Under the pieces are notes generated by a model. That model did not search any database. It was not told the origin of the DNA and saw only the letters and a list, made by a program, of their open reading frames with translations. This document shows, piece by piece, positions 25,031 through 38,260 of a stretch of DNA of 64,000 nucleotides. The stretch spans positions 84,940,001 to 85,004,000 of the forward strand of contig JBNRSN020000025.1 of NCBI GenBank assembly GCA_051313645.2. Direction: 5' to 3'. Source of the DNA: Centroscyllium fabricii (lineage: Eukaryota). The position numbers were made by a program, and so were the translations under genes. The stretch's first letter is position 1; each line of letters begins with the position of its first letter.

Positions 25031-25961
25031 CCGGGCTACCATGGGGATCTACTCATATCTGAGATACATAAACAGACCTGGGCTACCATGGGGATCTACT
25101 CGTATCTGAGATACATAAACGGAACTGGGCTACCACGGGGATCTACTCATATTTGAGATAGATAAATGGACCTGGGCTACCATGGGGATCTACTCGTATT
25201 TGAGATACATAAACGTACCTGGGCTACCATGGGGATCTACTCGTATTTGAGATATAAACAGGCCTGGGCTACCATGGGGATCTACTCGTACCTGGGATAC
25301 ATAAATAGACCTGGGTTACCATGGGGATCTACTCGTATTTGAGATACATAAATGGACCTGAGCTACCGTGGGGATCTACTCGTATTTGAGATACATAAAC
25401 GTACCTGGGCTACCATGGGGATCTACTCGTATTTGAGATATAAACAGGCCTGGGCTACCATGGGGATCCACTCGTACCTGGGATACATAAATAGACCTGG
25501 GTTACCATGGGGATCTACTCGTATTTGAGATACATAAATGGACCTGGGCTACCGTGGCGATCTACTCGTATTTCAGATACATAAATGGACCTGGGCTACC
25601 ATGGGGATCTACTCGTATTTGAGATATAAACAGGCCTGGGCTACCATGGGGATCTACTCGTACCTGGGATACATAAATGGACCTGGGCTACCATGGGGAT
25701 CTACTCGTATTTGAGATACATAAATGGACCTGGGCTACCACGGGGATCTACTCGTATTTGAGATACATAAATGGACCTGGGCTACCACGGGGATCTACTT
25801 GTATTTGAGATACATAAATGGACCTGGGCTACCATGGGGATCTACTCATACCTGGGATACATAAACAGACCTGGGCTACCACGGGGATCTACTCGTATCT
25901 GAGATACAAATGGACCTGGGCTACCATGGGGATCTACTCATATCTGAGATACATAAATGGA
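25031..25961. repeat. 47-bp minisatellite, 20 units (CCTGGGCTACCATGGGGATCTACTCGTATTTGAGATACATAAATGGA)
   Basis: Head-to-tail units with no unique spacers. Confidence 0.97.
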
Positions 25962-28696
25962 GAAAGAACACCAGCACTGGCTGCTAGTAACAATCATTAC
26001 TGGAAAAGATTGCAGTAAAAGTTTTGAATTTGGAGGCAATAAGCTAACAAGGATTCAGCTGGAGATTTTTGACCAGTGTATCACCGGCCAATGCAGGCTC
26101 CAGCCAACAGACATCCCAAGGCTGGAAATCAATGTCAAACAATACACAGAATGGCAAAAACGTGTTAAGAACTGTTACAATTGTGTGGAGCACAAACCCT
26201 GCATGGACCTGTTGGGCCAAATGGCCGGTTTCTGATACTATGTCAAACTATATCACCTTTATGAATGACTTTTCAATAGAATTATTATATGTAACATGAC
26301 TTTTCAGAGAAGAACCAAATTAAGCAAATGTTTTTCTTGTGCTGGCTATAGAATGCAACTGAGGTAAGAGCAGAGATACAAAACCAGAGCAAGACCTTAA
26401 ATGTAGTTGGAGCAGGGAAACATTTAACATGGCTCCTGTGTGACATCAAAATCTCCAAGGGACAATGTCTCAATGGTACATCTCCCCGTTACCTGAAATT
26501 AGATGTTAGATTATTGAGGGAATGAGGAGTTGATAATATATAAAGGGACGAGGTTCTCGTGGTCTTTTCTTTGTCAAGCATGCCCGGTTCCTTCCTGTAA
26601 CCTCCACTTGGGTCGTTCTTGTGCCTGCACAAAATGGTTTCCTGTACAGGGCATCGTGAATGGGCAGATCACATGCTGTCCTAACCTAGGTTAATTTATT
26701 GATTTATCCAGGAGATCCCTTCTAATGTCACCTCCAGGATCCTTGAAATTGAGAGCACTGCACTCCAATGGACCATCAAGCCTGATTTCAGGCAAGAAAA
26801 TGAATGACTGAAAGAAAACCATTGAAACCTTTACATCAACACACACATTGTTGAAAATGAGATACTGGTCGAGAGCGGTGAATGAATGTATGCAACAAAT
26901 GGTAAAAAGCAATGATGCGTAAACAGCAGGGTTTGAAAGCTCGTGATTACAAAAAAAAGGCTAGGCACACACATGCATGTTAGTATATGCAAAAGCTTTA
27001 CTTCTGTACAAGATACAATAAACAGATTTACATGGCTTTTTAAAAACTTGTTTCACCATCTAGACTGGTGGAAGGAGAGGGAAGTAATTCCAGGCAAGTA
27101 GTTCACATTGTATCACTTTAATCACCAGTAACAGCTGCGGTAAGAAACACTGGTGTCATCAGGAAATTCGCGATTGTAAGCAGAAAATTCTGGTTGAAAA
27201 ACTGCTCACAGAGCGAGCTACTGAGTAATAGCAAAGATTGTACAAGACGGTTTTGAACGGTTTCAATAGTATGATCAAAAACATCGGCTCAGATCATGCT
27301 TTAAATCAAGATTCTGCCATTGTGACAATGTTGTTTGTAAAGCCGTAAAGGACCCAAGTTGTCTGTGACTATCTTTGGTATTACTGCAAGGATTGCTCCA
27401 TAAAACACATCTCCTGATCGTGTGCATGGGAGAAATCCCCATTACCAGCCCTTTAAAAGATCTCAGCAGGTCCAAGTTTGGGACTCTGCACACAACTCTC
27501 CAATTGTGTAACGTGCTGGAATTCTTCATTATTGTTGTTAATAGAATTCTTGTTGCCAATTTGACAGATAAGAAATGTGCAGTCAGCATTTGAATGAGTG
27601 CCTGCTTTCTGTGTAGAGAATAACATAACGTGACATTAACCCATCCTCTACATGTCCCTTCCTACAGGCGATGGCCATTAACTGGGCTATTCTATTGCAA
27701 AATAAATGTTCCCAGACAACTACCAATTCTCAATATGTTTAAATTGACATTAGTTAACGGAGTTTCATCACTGGATGCTGACTATTAGGGTTGACCATTC
27801 CAATCTATTATTCTCCCCGATATTCCCCATTACTTTTCAGCACAGGGTCAATTGCCTGCATGAATTATCCTTCAGTTGGGAGGGTAGAGTGGGGTTTATA
27901 CCACTGACCGCTGCCGAGGTCTCTTTTTCATCAAAGCAGCCTGAGGCATGATCGTTCAAAAGAAGCATCACCTGGCTGTCCCTCCTGAAATGAATGCTGC
28001 AGAATCATTGCCAGCTAGCCCCAATGACCTGACCAAACACTACCAATGCTAATTAGCACGCAGTTCTAGATACCTTGCTTTTTACAGTCATTTCCTGGGT
28101 TTTCACCAACCCGGCCAAAGTTTTGAAATGCCATTGGTTGCTGGATTTAATTAGCAATACAGTTATCATTTAAGATTACACTGAAGGCTGTATTGTGTAT
28201 TAAAATATATACCACTACATTGCCATTGAAAATTGTCAGCTAGCAACTCGCGGCAGTTTCAAACCCCAGACTGAAAAGGCCAGGTACAATATAACCACTC
28301 CTGGACCTCAAACAGAAGTCATCCGAATCGTGAGGCAAGAGGTCTGCTTCTACTGCGATGCACCTGGCCATTAATACTATCATCAATTTCTCTCCACCAT
28401 TCATGCAAAGTCAGTGAATCTGTTAGAAATCGACAACTATACTCCCATTGCCTCACAGTCTCTAACTGAAACATACCAAGACCAGCTATCCCTGATGACA
28501 CCTCGGTCAGGTGAAGAATGAATTGGGAAAAGTGTGAAACTACACTGAAGAACCCCAATAATAGGTCTTAATCTGAGAAAGCACCTTACAATTAAACTTC
28601 CATTCCCCACACTAGCCAGCCTTTCTGCCATTCCCCCTGCCCAGCCCCCAAGTGACTGCCAGTTCTGGCTCTTTTTGTGAGGTGGGCTCCTATCTA

Positions 28697-28876
28697 CTGA
28701 GAGGTCAGAGCAGGAACGGGACCCACGATGATGGCGCCGGAGAATGGTTGACATCTTGCGGGCTCATGCGTGCCGGGCAGCTTAATGTCTTTGTTGCGCG
28801 GTGCGTTCAGGTAACAGGAAGCATTTCACTGTCTAGATTGTATTTAGCACATGTGACAATAAACTTGAACTTGAAC
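28697..28876 (+). mobile_element. Short bipartite non-autonomous retroposon (GATGGCG 5' motif + gtgacaataaa(CTTGAA)n tail)
   Basis: CpG-rich, candidate TSD CTATCTA at 28690-28696 and 28876-28882, no tRNA head. Confidence 0.5.
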
Positions 28877-31614
28877 TATCTAAAAGGAACTGTGTGAATC
28901 AAAACCATTTCAACACACAGAATTTGGGATCTTTATAGCCATCAGCACCAGCTTCCTTTTATTCAGTCAGTGTTAGCTGGACTCGAACCCTCTGCTGAAA
29001 GAGCAAGCCTCTCACTGACTATAGAAATCAGAATTTGAAATGGGAAAACATAAGTGGGAGGGACTGTCAGAGACACTTTGGAGAAATGGCTGCTGCCAGT
29101 CATTTCAACCACTGTTATTTTGTTCTTTCCATTGAGCAATGTGATCATGATGAACAGTGCCATTCTGTTCTAGTGCATAAAGAATAGTTTACAACTCAAT
29201 TTTTCACTTTGGTTACAGTTCTTGGTAAGTCTCAGACCAACGTTAACCTTCCCATCCTTGGTGATACACCACATCCAGAACACAATCCTTCACACAAAAA
29301 CCCCAGCTAACTCCACAAGCATGTAGCACTTCCATATACAACTTGTTGAGTATTCACAGAATGCATCAACCATGCCGGCACCTCATTCTCTGCTCACCTT
29401 ATATGGATTCTGGATGTTCTGCTCACCATCCCTCACCATCCCTTGAACAATTAACCTCCCCAAGTAAGTGATGGATGGTTGGGAGTTGTGCAAACATTGT
29501 CCGACCAGAAAAGCTACAATCTATCTTACGATGGGTATGACTATAACCGAGTGCCCACACACTCACTTTTAAAACAGAAATCTTTAATGAGACTCAAGCT
29601 GGCATTGCGTTAATAATGGCCAACGAGCGACTGGCTAGTTATGCAGAGTCAGCCCTTAGAATGCTGGCTGATGTCCAGTGATTTCCAATATAACATGCAC
29701 TGTTCATGGCAGTAAATTGGGAAAATATAGTTTCTTTTCTGAAGAGCCTAAGGAACAGTGTCGTAGGGGGTAATCGGGTAATACTCAAATAACAAAATTC
29801 ATTTTCAAACAGCACTACTGTCCCTCAACGATCAGACACCCATAGAACCAGCGATTCTGCTTTTGTTGATTCTCTATCAATCTCATTGAATCTCTTACTA
29901 CCGATATTGAGCACGCAAAAGCTAGCATGCAGCAAGTTCTCATTGTGCAAATCTCTGTACAGAAAGCAGGCAGACTCTTCATCCTTCTCAGTACAGACAC
30001 CGATCAGTCACGTCTGTAGCTCAGTGCTGCTTTGCTCAAGGGCTCAAACAAACAGCTGATAAAAGTCACAAATAATACTTTTCAGGACGATCCCTGCCCC
30101 TTAAAACAGGGTGTCATGGGGCGTGGAGCATCACGGGGCGTGGGGCGTCACGGGGCGTGGGACTTTACAGTGCACAGCAAGTGAATCGAGTTTTCAGCCT
30201 TGCATTATTTTAATCCCAGTAATTCTAATTAGTAAAATCAGAGCACAACAACATCTGAACTAATTACAGTTTATTTATTAGTTTTGTTTAAATGGCAAAA
30301 AAGAATCTTGATTGACGTGAGTCAGTTATTCAGTGTGTTACAATTCTTACAAATAATGAGCTCATTCAGAATTCACCTGGAAAGCTTTGCGATTGTGGCT
30401 AATGCAAAATTATACATTTGCAGGGATTTATGGCGGGATTGAATTAGTTCGAGGCCGAGTTCATTGCTGCTGTGATGTCCTGTGGGAACAGTAGTGTCAG
30501 CATAAGGGCATAAAACAATGTGCATGGATTATACAATCTTGCAGTGCAGGCGGAGGCCATTCGGCCCATCGTGCCTGTGCCGGCTCTTTGAAAGAGCTCT
30601 CCAGTTAATCCCACTCCACCCTGCTCTTTTCCCACAGCCCTGCACATTATGGGGCAGTTTATTTGAGATCTACCATTGCTGTGGTGATAGAGCCAGAAGA
30701 AGGGGAAAAGACGAATCTCATTATGTCATTATTCACAGCCTGGGCGTCTGCTCAATCAACCTTTAAAGCTGGTTTTCAGCCAATGACAGCCCTTTCTAGA
30801 AATAGTTCCTCCAAACATGGATGATAGGAGCAGGAAGGCTGAAGAAGAAAGGTAAGTGACAGATTACTAAATGAAAAGAAACAGCACAAAAGGGAAAGAT
30901 AGCTGGATAGCACACTTTCACAATCTCCGCACCTCCCAAAGTGCTTCACTGCCAATTAAGTTCAGCAAGATGGGGAGGAAAAAGAGATGACAAAGAAAGT
31001 ACAAGCAAAACGGATTTTTAATTTTCTGATTGCATTTCAGGTGCTTATTTAGCCATTATTCCCCAGTCCCTGGAACTTCCTCTGCCTGGCCACTTCCCTC
31101 CACGCTTTCAAAAGCTTCTTTAAAAGCTTTCCCTCAGACCCCAGCTTGGCCCCTCCCTCTCGCCCTCGGTTTCCTTCCTTCATGTCTGTGCAGTGTTTCT
31201 TCCTCAATATAAAATGCTCTGAGTTTCCTGTACACAAGCAGACCTATCGAAAGCAAGCTGCCACTGACTTAGTACTGGGTTAATGCTGGGCAATAAAAGC
31301 TGCTCCTGACATTTCAGTAGGTTTATCATTGTAATATTGGTGCTCATTTCAGCATTGCGGAGTGTCTGGCTGTGTTTGGAGAATGGGGAAAGTCCATTAC
31401 GTTGTCAAAAATAAGCTTGAAGGTAATAAATTTCATGGTGGGGCTTTGAGAACAGTCCCTCTGAATATAGTCACTTGGAACTTTACCTCATATTTCCTGA
31501 ATTAACTTTTATTGATCCAACACCATTCTCCCAGGACAGGTCTTCTCCACGAACTATTCTGTTTATGACGATTGTGACTGTTTTCATTGTTGAAGAAACC
31601 GGTTAGAATTGGGT

Positions 31615-31960
31615 CTGGCAAGTCCGAGGTTGTGGGTTCAAGTCCCCCGAGGACTTGATCAGAATATCTAAGCTGACAGTCCAGCACAGTGCCAAGGGAC
31701 TGCTGAATTTTGGTTAAACAGAAGCCTCGCCTGTTTGTTCCAGTGGTTCAAATGAACATTATAGATCCCTGGCTGCAAGTTAAAGAAGAGCGTGGCCTGC
31801 TCGTGGTGTCCTGGCTGAACGTTCCTCACTCAACCACCACCAAAAACAGGTGGACTGGTCATTGCTGTTTCTGGGATCTTGCTGTGTGTAAAATGGATGT
31901 ACATGCAGTGCTTTGAGCCATTTCCGAAACGTGATAATGCACTATATAAATCTGTCTTTT
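31615..31960 (+). mobile_element. Degenerate Deu-domain SINE
   Basis: Diverged match to the copy at 35855 (gggttcaagtccc, ttaaacagaagcctcgcctg, gcactatataaat tail). Confidence 0.6.
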
Positions 31961-33470
31961 CCGTTAACTAACTTGTTCATTTCACTTGCTGCTTACTGTG
32001 CAATCCCAACAAATGCAATTGGACTCCTGCAAAACTTCAATAAGTGTATCCTTCCACCTCTTTTTAGAGGGATGGAGGGGTTTAAAATTAAGACGGGTGC
32101 CTAATTTTGTTTGAGCCCCATTTATTAGCAATAGTTAAAATCCAGTGATTTCCAATGGGGTACAGTGTATAGAGTACAGGTAAACAGGCCATCAGCAACA
32201 GAACTAACAGTTCAATCAAACACAAAATTGTACAGTCATTGTTTTAGATAAAAATACACAAGGTCAAAAGAAAAAAATTCCACAACTTTTCAGATCATTT
32301 AGTAGCACCAGGTCTGAAACAAGCACCTTTGGAATCTGAAAACTTTGCTGAAATCCCGATGGGGATCTAGATTTTCCTGTTTGTTTAAAACTAAACCGGA
32401 TACAATTCTGTAATGTAGAAAACCTACAAGCCAACCCCGGCAATAATATATACAGGCACATGGGAGGGGCCGAGGGAGCAGGAACTATTCTGGATTCCAG
32501 TTTAAGAAAGGGACGTCATTGTTCTCAGGTCCGTGACATTGCCATGCATTTACAGGAGCATTATGGGAGAGAAAGGTCATGCCTGGGCTGTAAACGACAT
32601 GAAAGTACCAATAACGGCCCAGTGAGATTGACCTCTTAGAACTTCAAAAGGAAAGATGCATCTCAAACAGGTGAACCAAGCATTTCTTCAACACAGCCTT
32701 GTATCTAAACAGATACCGTTGGGTATATATTACCGGTGGGGTTGACTTCAACACGCTGTCTGCTTTGACATTTTATAACAAAATGATTCTAGTGCTAGTG
32801 AAAAAAACAATTGATCAGTGCTTTCCAAGGATGGACCGGTCAACTCTAGTGTTAAACAATCACTCCAGTGTCAGCTGAATAAGTTAAAACTACTAATGAA
32901 ATATTATCAGATAAGGAGTCCAGCTTTTAAAAAACACACGAAACATCCTGCTTTGACATGGACAATTTCCCCAGCGGTTTTAAGCAATGTCCATGATGGT
33001 TCCTAAGATGACAGACTCTCTCTGAAGGACGAGAGAAGGGGTTGGATCTTGATTTTCGAATGCCAAATAGGCTCGCTGCACCACCAGAATATGACTGGTT
33101 ACCTCATCACCCACGGCTACCCTGGTGTCTTAGAGTGTCAGAAGAAATAAACCTCACACCGTTGGAAAGAAACACCAAGACCAAGACCCACTGATACAAC
33201 AGAAGCACTGGGGAGGGAAAGAGAGGGGGCCGAGGTAACCTGTAATCACTTTATAATGCAATCATCTGGACTTCTAAATAATCCAGGGGGGTGGGGGAAG
33301 AAAGAAAATGTTTTCAGGAGAAGGCACGATGGGCCGAATGGCCTCAATTCTGTGCTGTAAGATTCTATGCGTGATACCAGTAGTTCTACCTTCAACCTTT
33401 ACATAGGCACTGCTAAAGCCTCAGTGGAAATGGAAGGATGATGTGGTACAAGGAGCCCAAATTAGATGCA

Positions 33471-33908
33471 TGGAGCACCAGGGCCATGACCTGGAGCACG
33501 GGGACCATGACCTGGAGCACGGGGACCATGACCTGGAGCACCGGGGACCATGATCTGGAGCACCGGGGACCATAATCTGGAGCACCGGGGACCATAATCT
33601 GGAGCACCGGGGACCATGATCTGGAGCACCGGGGACCATGATCTGGAGCACCGGGGACCATGATCTGGAGCACCGGGGACCATGATCTGGAGCACCGGGG
33701 ACCATGATCTGGAGCACCGGGACCATGACCTGGAGCACCGGGGACCATGACCTGGAGCACAGGGAACCATGACCTGGAGCAACAGGGAACCATGACCTGG
33801 AGCACAGGGACCATGACCTGGAGCACAGGGACCATGACCTGGAGCACAGGGACCATGACCTGGAGCAACAGGGACCATGACCTGGAGCACCAGGACCATG
33901 ATCTGGCA
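33471..33908. repeat. 21/22-bp minisatellite (TGGAGCACCGGGGACCATGAYC), about 20 units
   Basis: Tandem units visible; source of ORFs at 33413-33921. Confidence 0.95.
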
Positions 33909-35434
33909 CTTTACCCATCAAGACTCGGAGACTACCCGACCAACTCTACCCCAGCTTTTACAGGTAGACGGTTTCACATCACAAAGCTCAATATTCCAAC
34001 TGGGTTTTAACTGTCTGGCTAAAGTATCAATTCCTACAACTAGGGTCTGCCACGTGGAACTAATCTTATTGGAGGGGTAGGGTTCTGTAAATCGAATGGT
34101 TGTGCAGCCGGGTTTCATTCGCTAGCAATTATAAGGTACTACAGCTGGATTTTTCTTGAGTTGTTTCTATGACCCCACAAGCTACAAATATATAAAATAT
34201 ACAGTATGTAAATTATCTACAAGTTACAATGTGTGGTGTTAACAATGATTGTGTAAATGAAGGAAGTAGATTTAATAAAAAGTAAAAATATTGAAACTAC
34301 ATATATTTTGATTTTCACACTTCAAAAGGGGCATAAAAATGATTTGAATTGCAAGAGACTCTATTTTCCAAAGCTCTGACCTACATGTGTAAGGAGCAGT
34401 AGATTATGATGAGCTACAGTCCTGGAGTTCAGACCATTTCATGCCAATGTTCAATTATAGTCAGGTCGCAGAACAACTACTGCACAACCTGTTCCGCCAT
34501 TCAATGAGATCACGGCCGATCTGGATCTGAACTCCATCTACCCGCCTTGGTTCCGTAACCCGCAACACCTTTGCCCAGCAAAAATCTTTATAGATGGCAC
34601 TGCTACGGCACTAACCCCTACGGCACTGAATTAATGAGTGACTCGACATGCCTGCTACATGAATGGCTCTTGCTAAGCCCTTTAAGGATGACCTACAGAG
34701 ATGATCTCGATATGGTCAGTAGAAGTCTACAGGTGAGGACATTACAGAAAAACAAATCAGTTCAGGGCCTCCAGTGCTCCTCTATTTTTCCCCTTCATAT
34801 TGCAGCTGTGGCAGAATGTTAAGACAGGCCTTACCGAGACCCTCTGGAGATAGCCTGTTCCCAAATGGAGATGGCTATGACCCAGAATTGAGGTCCAGCT
34901 AACGCTGCACAGAAACTACAGACCAAGGATTTCCGTGGGGACTCACAGCCACGTTGAAACTAACTAGCGTCCTTAAAGCTCTGAGCGGGGCGAACAAAAA
35001 TGAAAACGAAACTGGAGAACAAAGAAAGTTAGCTAAAAAAAACTCTTCAACTCCCCCTGCCCCCCTCAAAAAAAGTTCCTATTATTTACTAAAATCAAAT
35101 TCACTCACTATAAATATCTCAATTGAATATATTTAACAAGGCCAGATTGTACTAAAGGGGTCAATTAAAAGAAAAAGGGGGAAAAAAATGACAAACTAGA
35201 TCAGAAAAGTCTAACACAAAGCTGCAGCTAGAACATTGAAATAGGTGAAGCAAGGGATCAGCCACAGCACAGTGAGAGCAGGGGGTGGAAGAACAGAGTA
35301 GAGATGTAATGTGTCGGTCAAAGTGCAGTGCTGTTTGCAGGTCACAGGGCAAAGGGCACAGGGGGGCAGTAGGTGGAATGCCATGCACCATGGGAGGAGA
35401 GGATGATGAGTACTTAATGGTGCAGATCACGAAC

Positions 35435-35615
35435 CTGGCACGTGTAGGACAGCAGTCCCCTCGTCCATTGCAAACATGTTGGAACCTGTGCAGACGTAGA
35501 CATCAGCATCCTCCGGGCGAACATTGCGGATGGTCAGGATTCCATTGAAGTCCACAGCGGTGTTTGGGAGTTTACCCCCGAGCTGGCGGGTCCACACCAG
35601 CGTGTACGCTGGGGA
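35435..35615 (-). CDS. HSPG2: HSPG2 exon, second half of Ig repeat (SPAYTLVWTRQLGGKLPNTAVDFNGILTIRNVRPEDADVYVCTGSNMFAMDEGTAVLHVP), 181 nt, phase 0-1
   Basis: Acceptor ttttgatttctag|TCC, donor CCAG|gttcgt. Very close to recalled human sequence. Confidence 0.96.
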
Positions 35616-35852
35616 CTAGAAATCAAAATGACACCAAACGTCACATTCCGCGCCTGAATCTGCAAATACCGCCAAAAATTTATTGCCAAACATTTATCAA
35701 GTCTATAATCAGTGCTATAGTTAAAAAATACAGGTAGCAAGAAATTTCCACTGGTAACAATGTCCAAGTGTAAAACCACTAATTACCTATTGCACAGACG
35801 CTTTTCAAATTGAGCGGTAAAAAAAAAAGTTCAGAGAAATTATAAATGTAGG

Positions 35853-36290
35853 TGTCCGGTGTGGCTCAGTGGGCAGCACTCTTGCCTCCCAATCAGAAGG
35901 TCATGGGTTCAAGTCCCACTCCAGCGACCGGAGCTCGAAATTCAGGCTGACACTCCAGTGCAGTGCTGAGGGACAGCTGCACTGTCAGAGGTGCCGTCTT
36001 TCAGATGAGACGTTAAACCGAGGCCCTGTCTGTTCTCTCAGGTGGATGTAAAAGATCCCATGGCACTAATTTGAAGAAATCGGAGTGTCCTGGCCAATAT
36101 TTCTCCCTCAACTAACATCACTAAAAACATATTATCTGGTTATTAACTACCTGCTGTTTGTGGGTCTTTGCTGTGTGCAAACTGGCTGCCGCATTTCCTT
36201 ACAACACTGACTACGCTTCAAAAGTACTTTATTGACTCTGAAGCACTTTGGGATAGTCAGAGGTTGTGAAAGGCGCTATATAAATGCTAT
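35853..36290 (+). mobile_element. Deu-domain SINE (SacSINE1/AmnSINE-like), near full length
   Basis: tRNA head (TGGCTCAGTGG; GGTTCAAGTCC), Deu core GCCGTCTTTCAGATGAGACGTTAAACCGAGGCCCTGTC, L2-type tail tgaaaggcgctatataaatgc. Confidence 0.82.
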
Positions 36291-36882
36291 TCCCACTATT
36301 GGTTTATATTGCTTATCTTTTTGAAGAGTCATGGCCTTCCGTGTAACGACTCAGTATCTGAATAGTAACTGACTGATTATTCAGGGCTCCTGTGTACTTT
36401 CTAATACCAGTGGCTCTCAGTGTTTGGAGACAGTTTCTCACTGAGTACTGAATAATCGAACTTGAGGTTTTTAGTTTAAACTGTATATTTTATATGATTC
36501 TGGGTGATTTCCATGCTTTATGTCTCATCTCCATATATCAGTTTCTGCAAATCCTTTGCACTGAGCCCCATTCAGTGGCCAAGATGGTGAGCAGGTGACC
36601 TGCTCCCAGGCCACCAGGGGGAGCACCAGGACACCCCAGGGAGAAAGTTCTGTCATTACTGTCCTGGGGTAACACTCCCAAAAAAAAACCACACTATTTT
36701 CTCTAGTTGATAATTTCTAACATCAGAGCAAGACTTTCTCTAATTTTTGCTCCAGCTCATGCACGAACTAAAGCTGGGAAGATGAGTGACAGGCCCCCAG
36801 GCATTTACTTCCATTACTCGAAACCGGAGCGGGCTCCCCGACTCGGAGCGGGGTCGATGCGGAGCGGCTGAGGGATGTTTAC

Positions 36883-36983
36883 CTGGCTCTTTGCTGTACA
36901 GATAAAATTGACTGTGACGCCAGATCTCACTGTTTGTGTTTTCGGTTCTTCCACAGTCACTGTTATGGCTCTGAAAGAGGGGA
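36883..36983 (-). CDS. HSPG2: HSPG2 exon, first half of Ig repeat ((V)PSFRAITVTVEEPKTQTVRSGVTVNFICTAKSQ), 101 nt, phase 1-0
   Basis: Acceptor ttttatccacag|TC, donor CAG|gtaaac. ITVTVEE and FICTAKS match perlecan. Confidence 0.93.
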
Positions 36984-37611
36984 CTGTGGATAAAACAGGT
37001 AGATGCACATCACAGACATCCTTTCAGCAAGATCAGAAACATCAACACACTGAAAAGCCCAATCCTAAACAGGCTACAAAAATAGAATAGGAAAATCAAC
37101 ATATGGCGGCTCGGAAAGTGTTGAATCATAAACAAAGGAAAGACTTTATTTAATACAAAAAAAAGGAAATCATAAAGGGATAAAACACATACATGTGAGG
37201 AAAACCTGGTAACTCAGGAGTGATGTTGTCATCTGGGAACCTTGCAGGCCTTGAACTGTCACACGTTGTATATTCTGCCGGTGTCGACACACTGATTAAT
37301 TCAATTTTGCTTTTTGCTCAAGAAAATTTGAATTATCCAGTTAACCAAATAAATCAATAAAAAAAAAACAATGCAGAGGTTTTTTTAGTGCTCAATCAAA
37401 AGTTGAATTAATAATCGAAATTGAATGACTTCCGGTTAAAAGGAGTGAACTGTACATTTTTTCCAACTTGGTTTGTGAGGAATCGCTCTAAGCAGAGTGT
37501 TTAATGTGCCACAGGCTCTCTGTCCAAACGCTGTTTTGAAAACCACGCAAGATGGGGCTGTTCAAACCAGACGATTAATTAGCTCGGAGTAGCTCATAGA
37601 TCTGCTGTGAA

Positions 37612-38092
37612 TAGAGTCACAGAGCTATTCAGTACAGAAAGAGGCCTTTCAGCCCCATCGTGTCTGCGCCGGCCATCAAGCCCAGTCTATTCTAATCCCA
37701 TTTTCCAGCACTTGGGCCGTAGCCTTGTATGCTATGACGCTTCAAGTGCTTCTTGAATGCTGAGAGTTCCTGCCTCTGCCACCCTTTCAGGCAATGATTT
37801 CAACCACCCTCTGGGTGAAAATGTTTTTCCTCAAATCTCCTCTAAACCTCCTGCCCCTTACCTTGAGACTATGCCCCCGGTTATTGACCCCTCTACTAAG
37901 GGGAAAAGTTCCTTTCTATCTACCCTATCTATGCATCTCATAATTTTGTACGCCTTAAACAGGTCCTCCCTCAGCCTTCTCTGCTCTAAGGAAAACCCCA
38001 GCCTGTCCAGTCTCTCTTCATAGCTGAAGCGCTCCAGCCCAGGTAACATCCTGGTGAATCTCCTCTGCACCCTCTCCAATGCAATCACATAG
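37612..38092 (-). mobile_element. CR1 LINE 3' fragment
   Basis: LERVQRRFTRMLPGLERFSYEERL motif plus tail. Confidence 0.88.
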
Positions 38093-38260
38093 CTACCTAC
38101 ATACCTTAGCACGCAGTCTGTTTAGAATATATTATCGAGAAAGGAATATCACGCTGCACAGTTTCCATTATATACAGTGAGACTACTGCAGTAAAGCCAT
38201 TGTTATAGTAGATTTATGGTCGTTCAGAGTGAGAAGCACTCCCATGATTCAGTAAATTTA

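Noticed and set aside
25031-25961. CRISPR-like regular repeat array
   Set aside because: Units are contiguous with no unique spacers, there are no cas genes, and the context is a vertebrate intron; it is a minisatellite.
29819-29873. Segment translating ENQQKQNRWFYGCLIVEGQ, superficially like the perlecan linker insert
   Set aside because: No polypyrimidine tract, weak donor and wrong end phase; 15571-15624 is a far better candidate.
33413-34010. Repetitive ORFs (APGHG/VLQVMVP)
   Set aside because: Translations of the 22-bp minisatellite in several frames; no splice or homology support.
36883-36970. Alternative inner acceptor (ctctttcag) for the 101-nt exon
   Set aside because: Shifts the frame to an immediate TAA; the outer acceptor preserves frame and the expected length.
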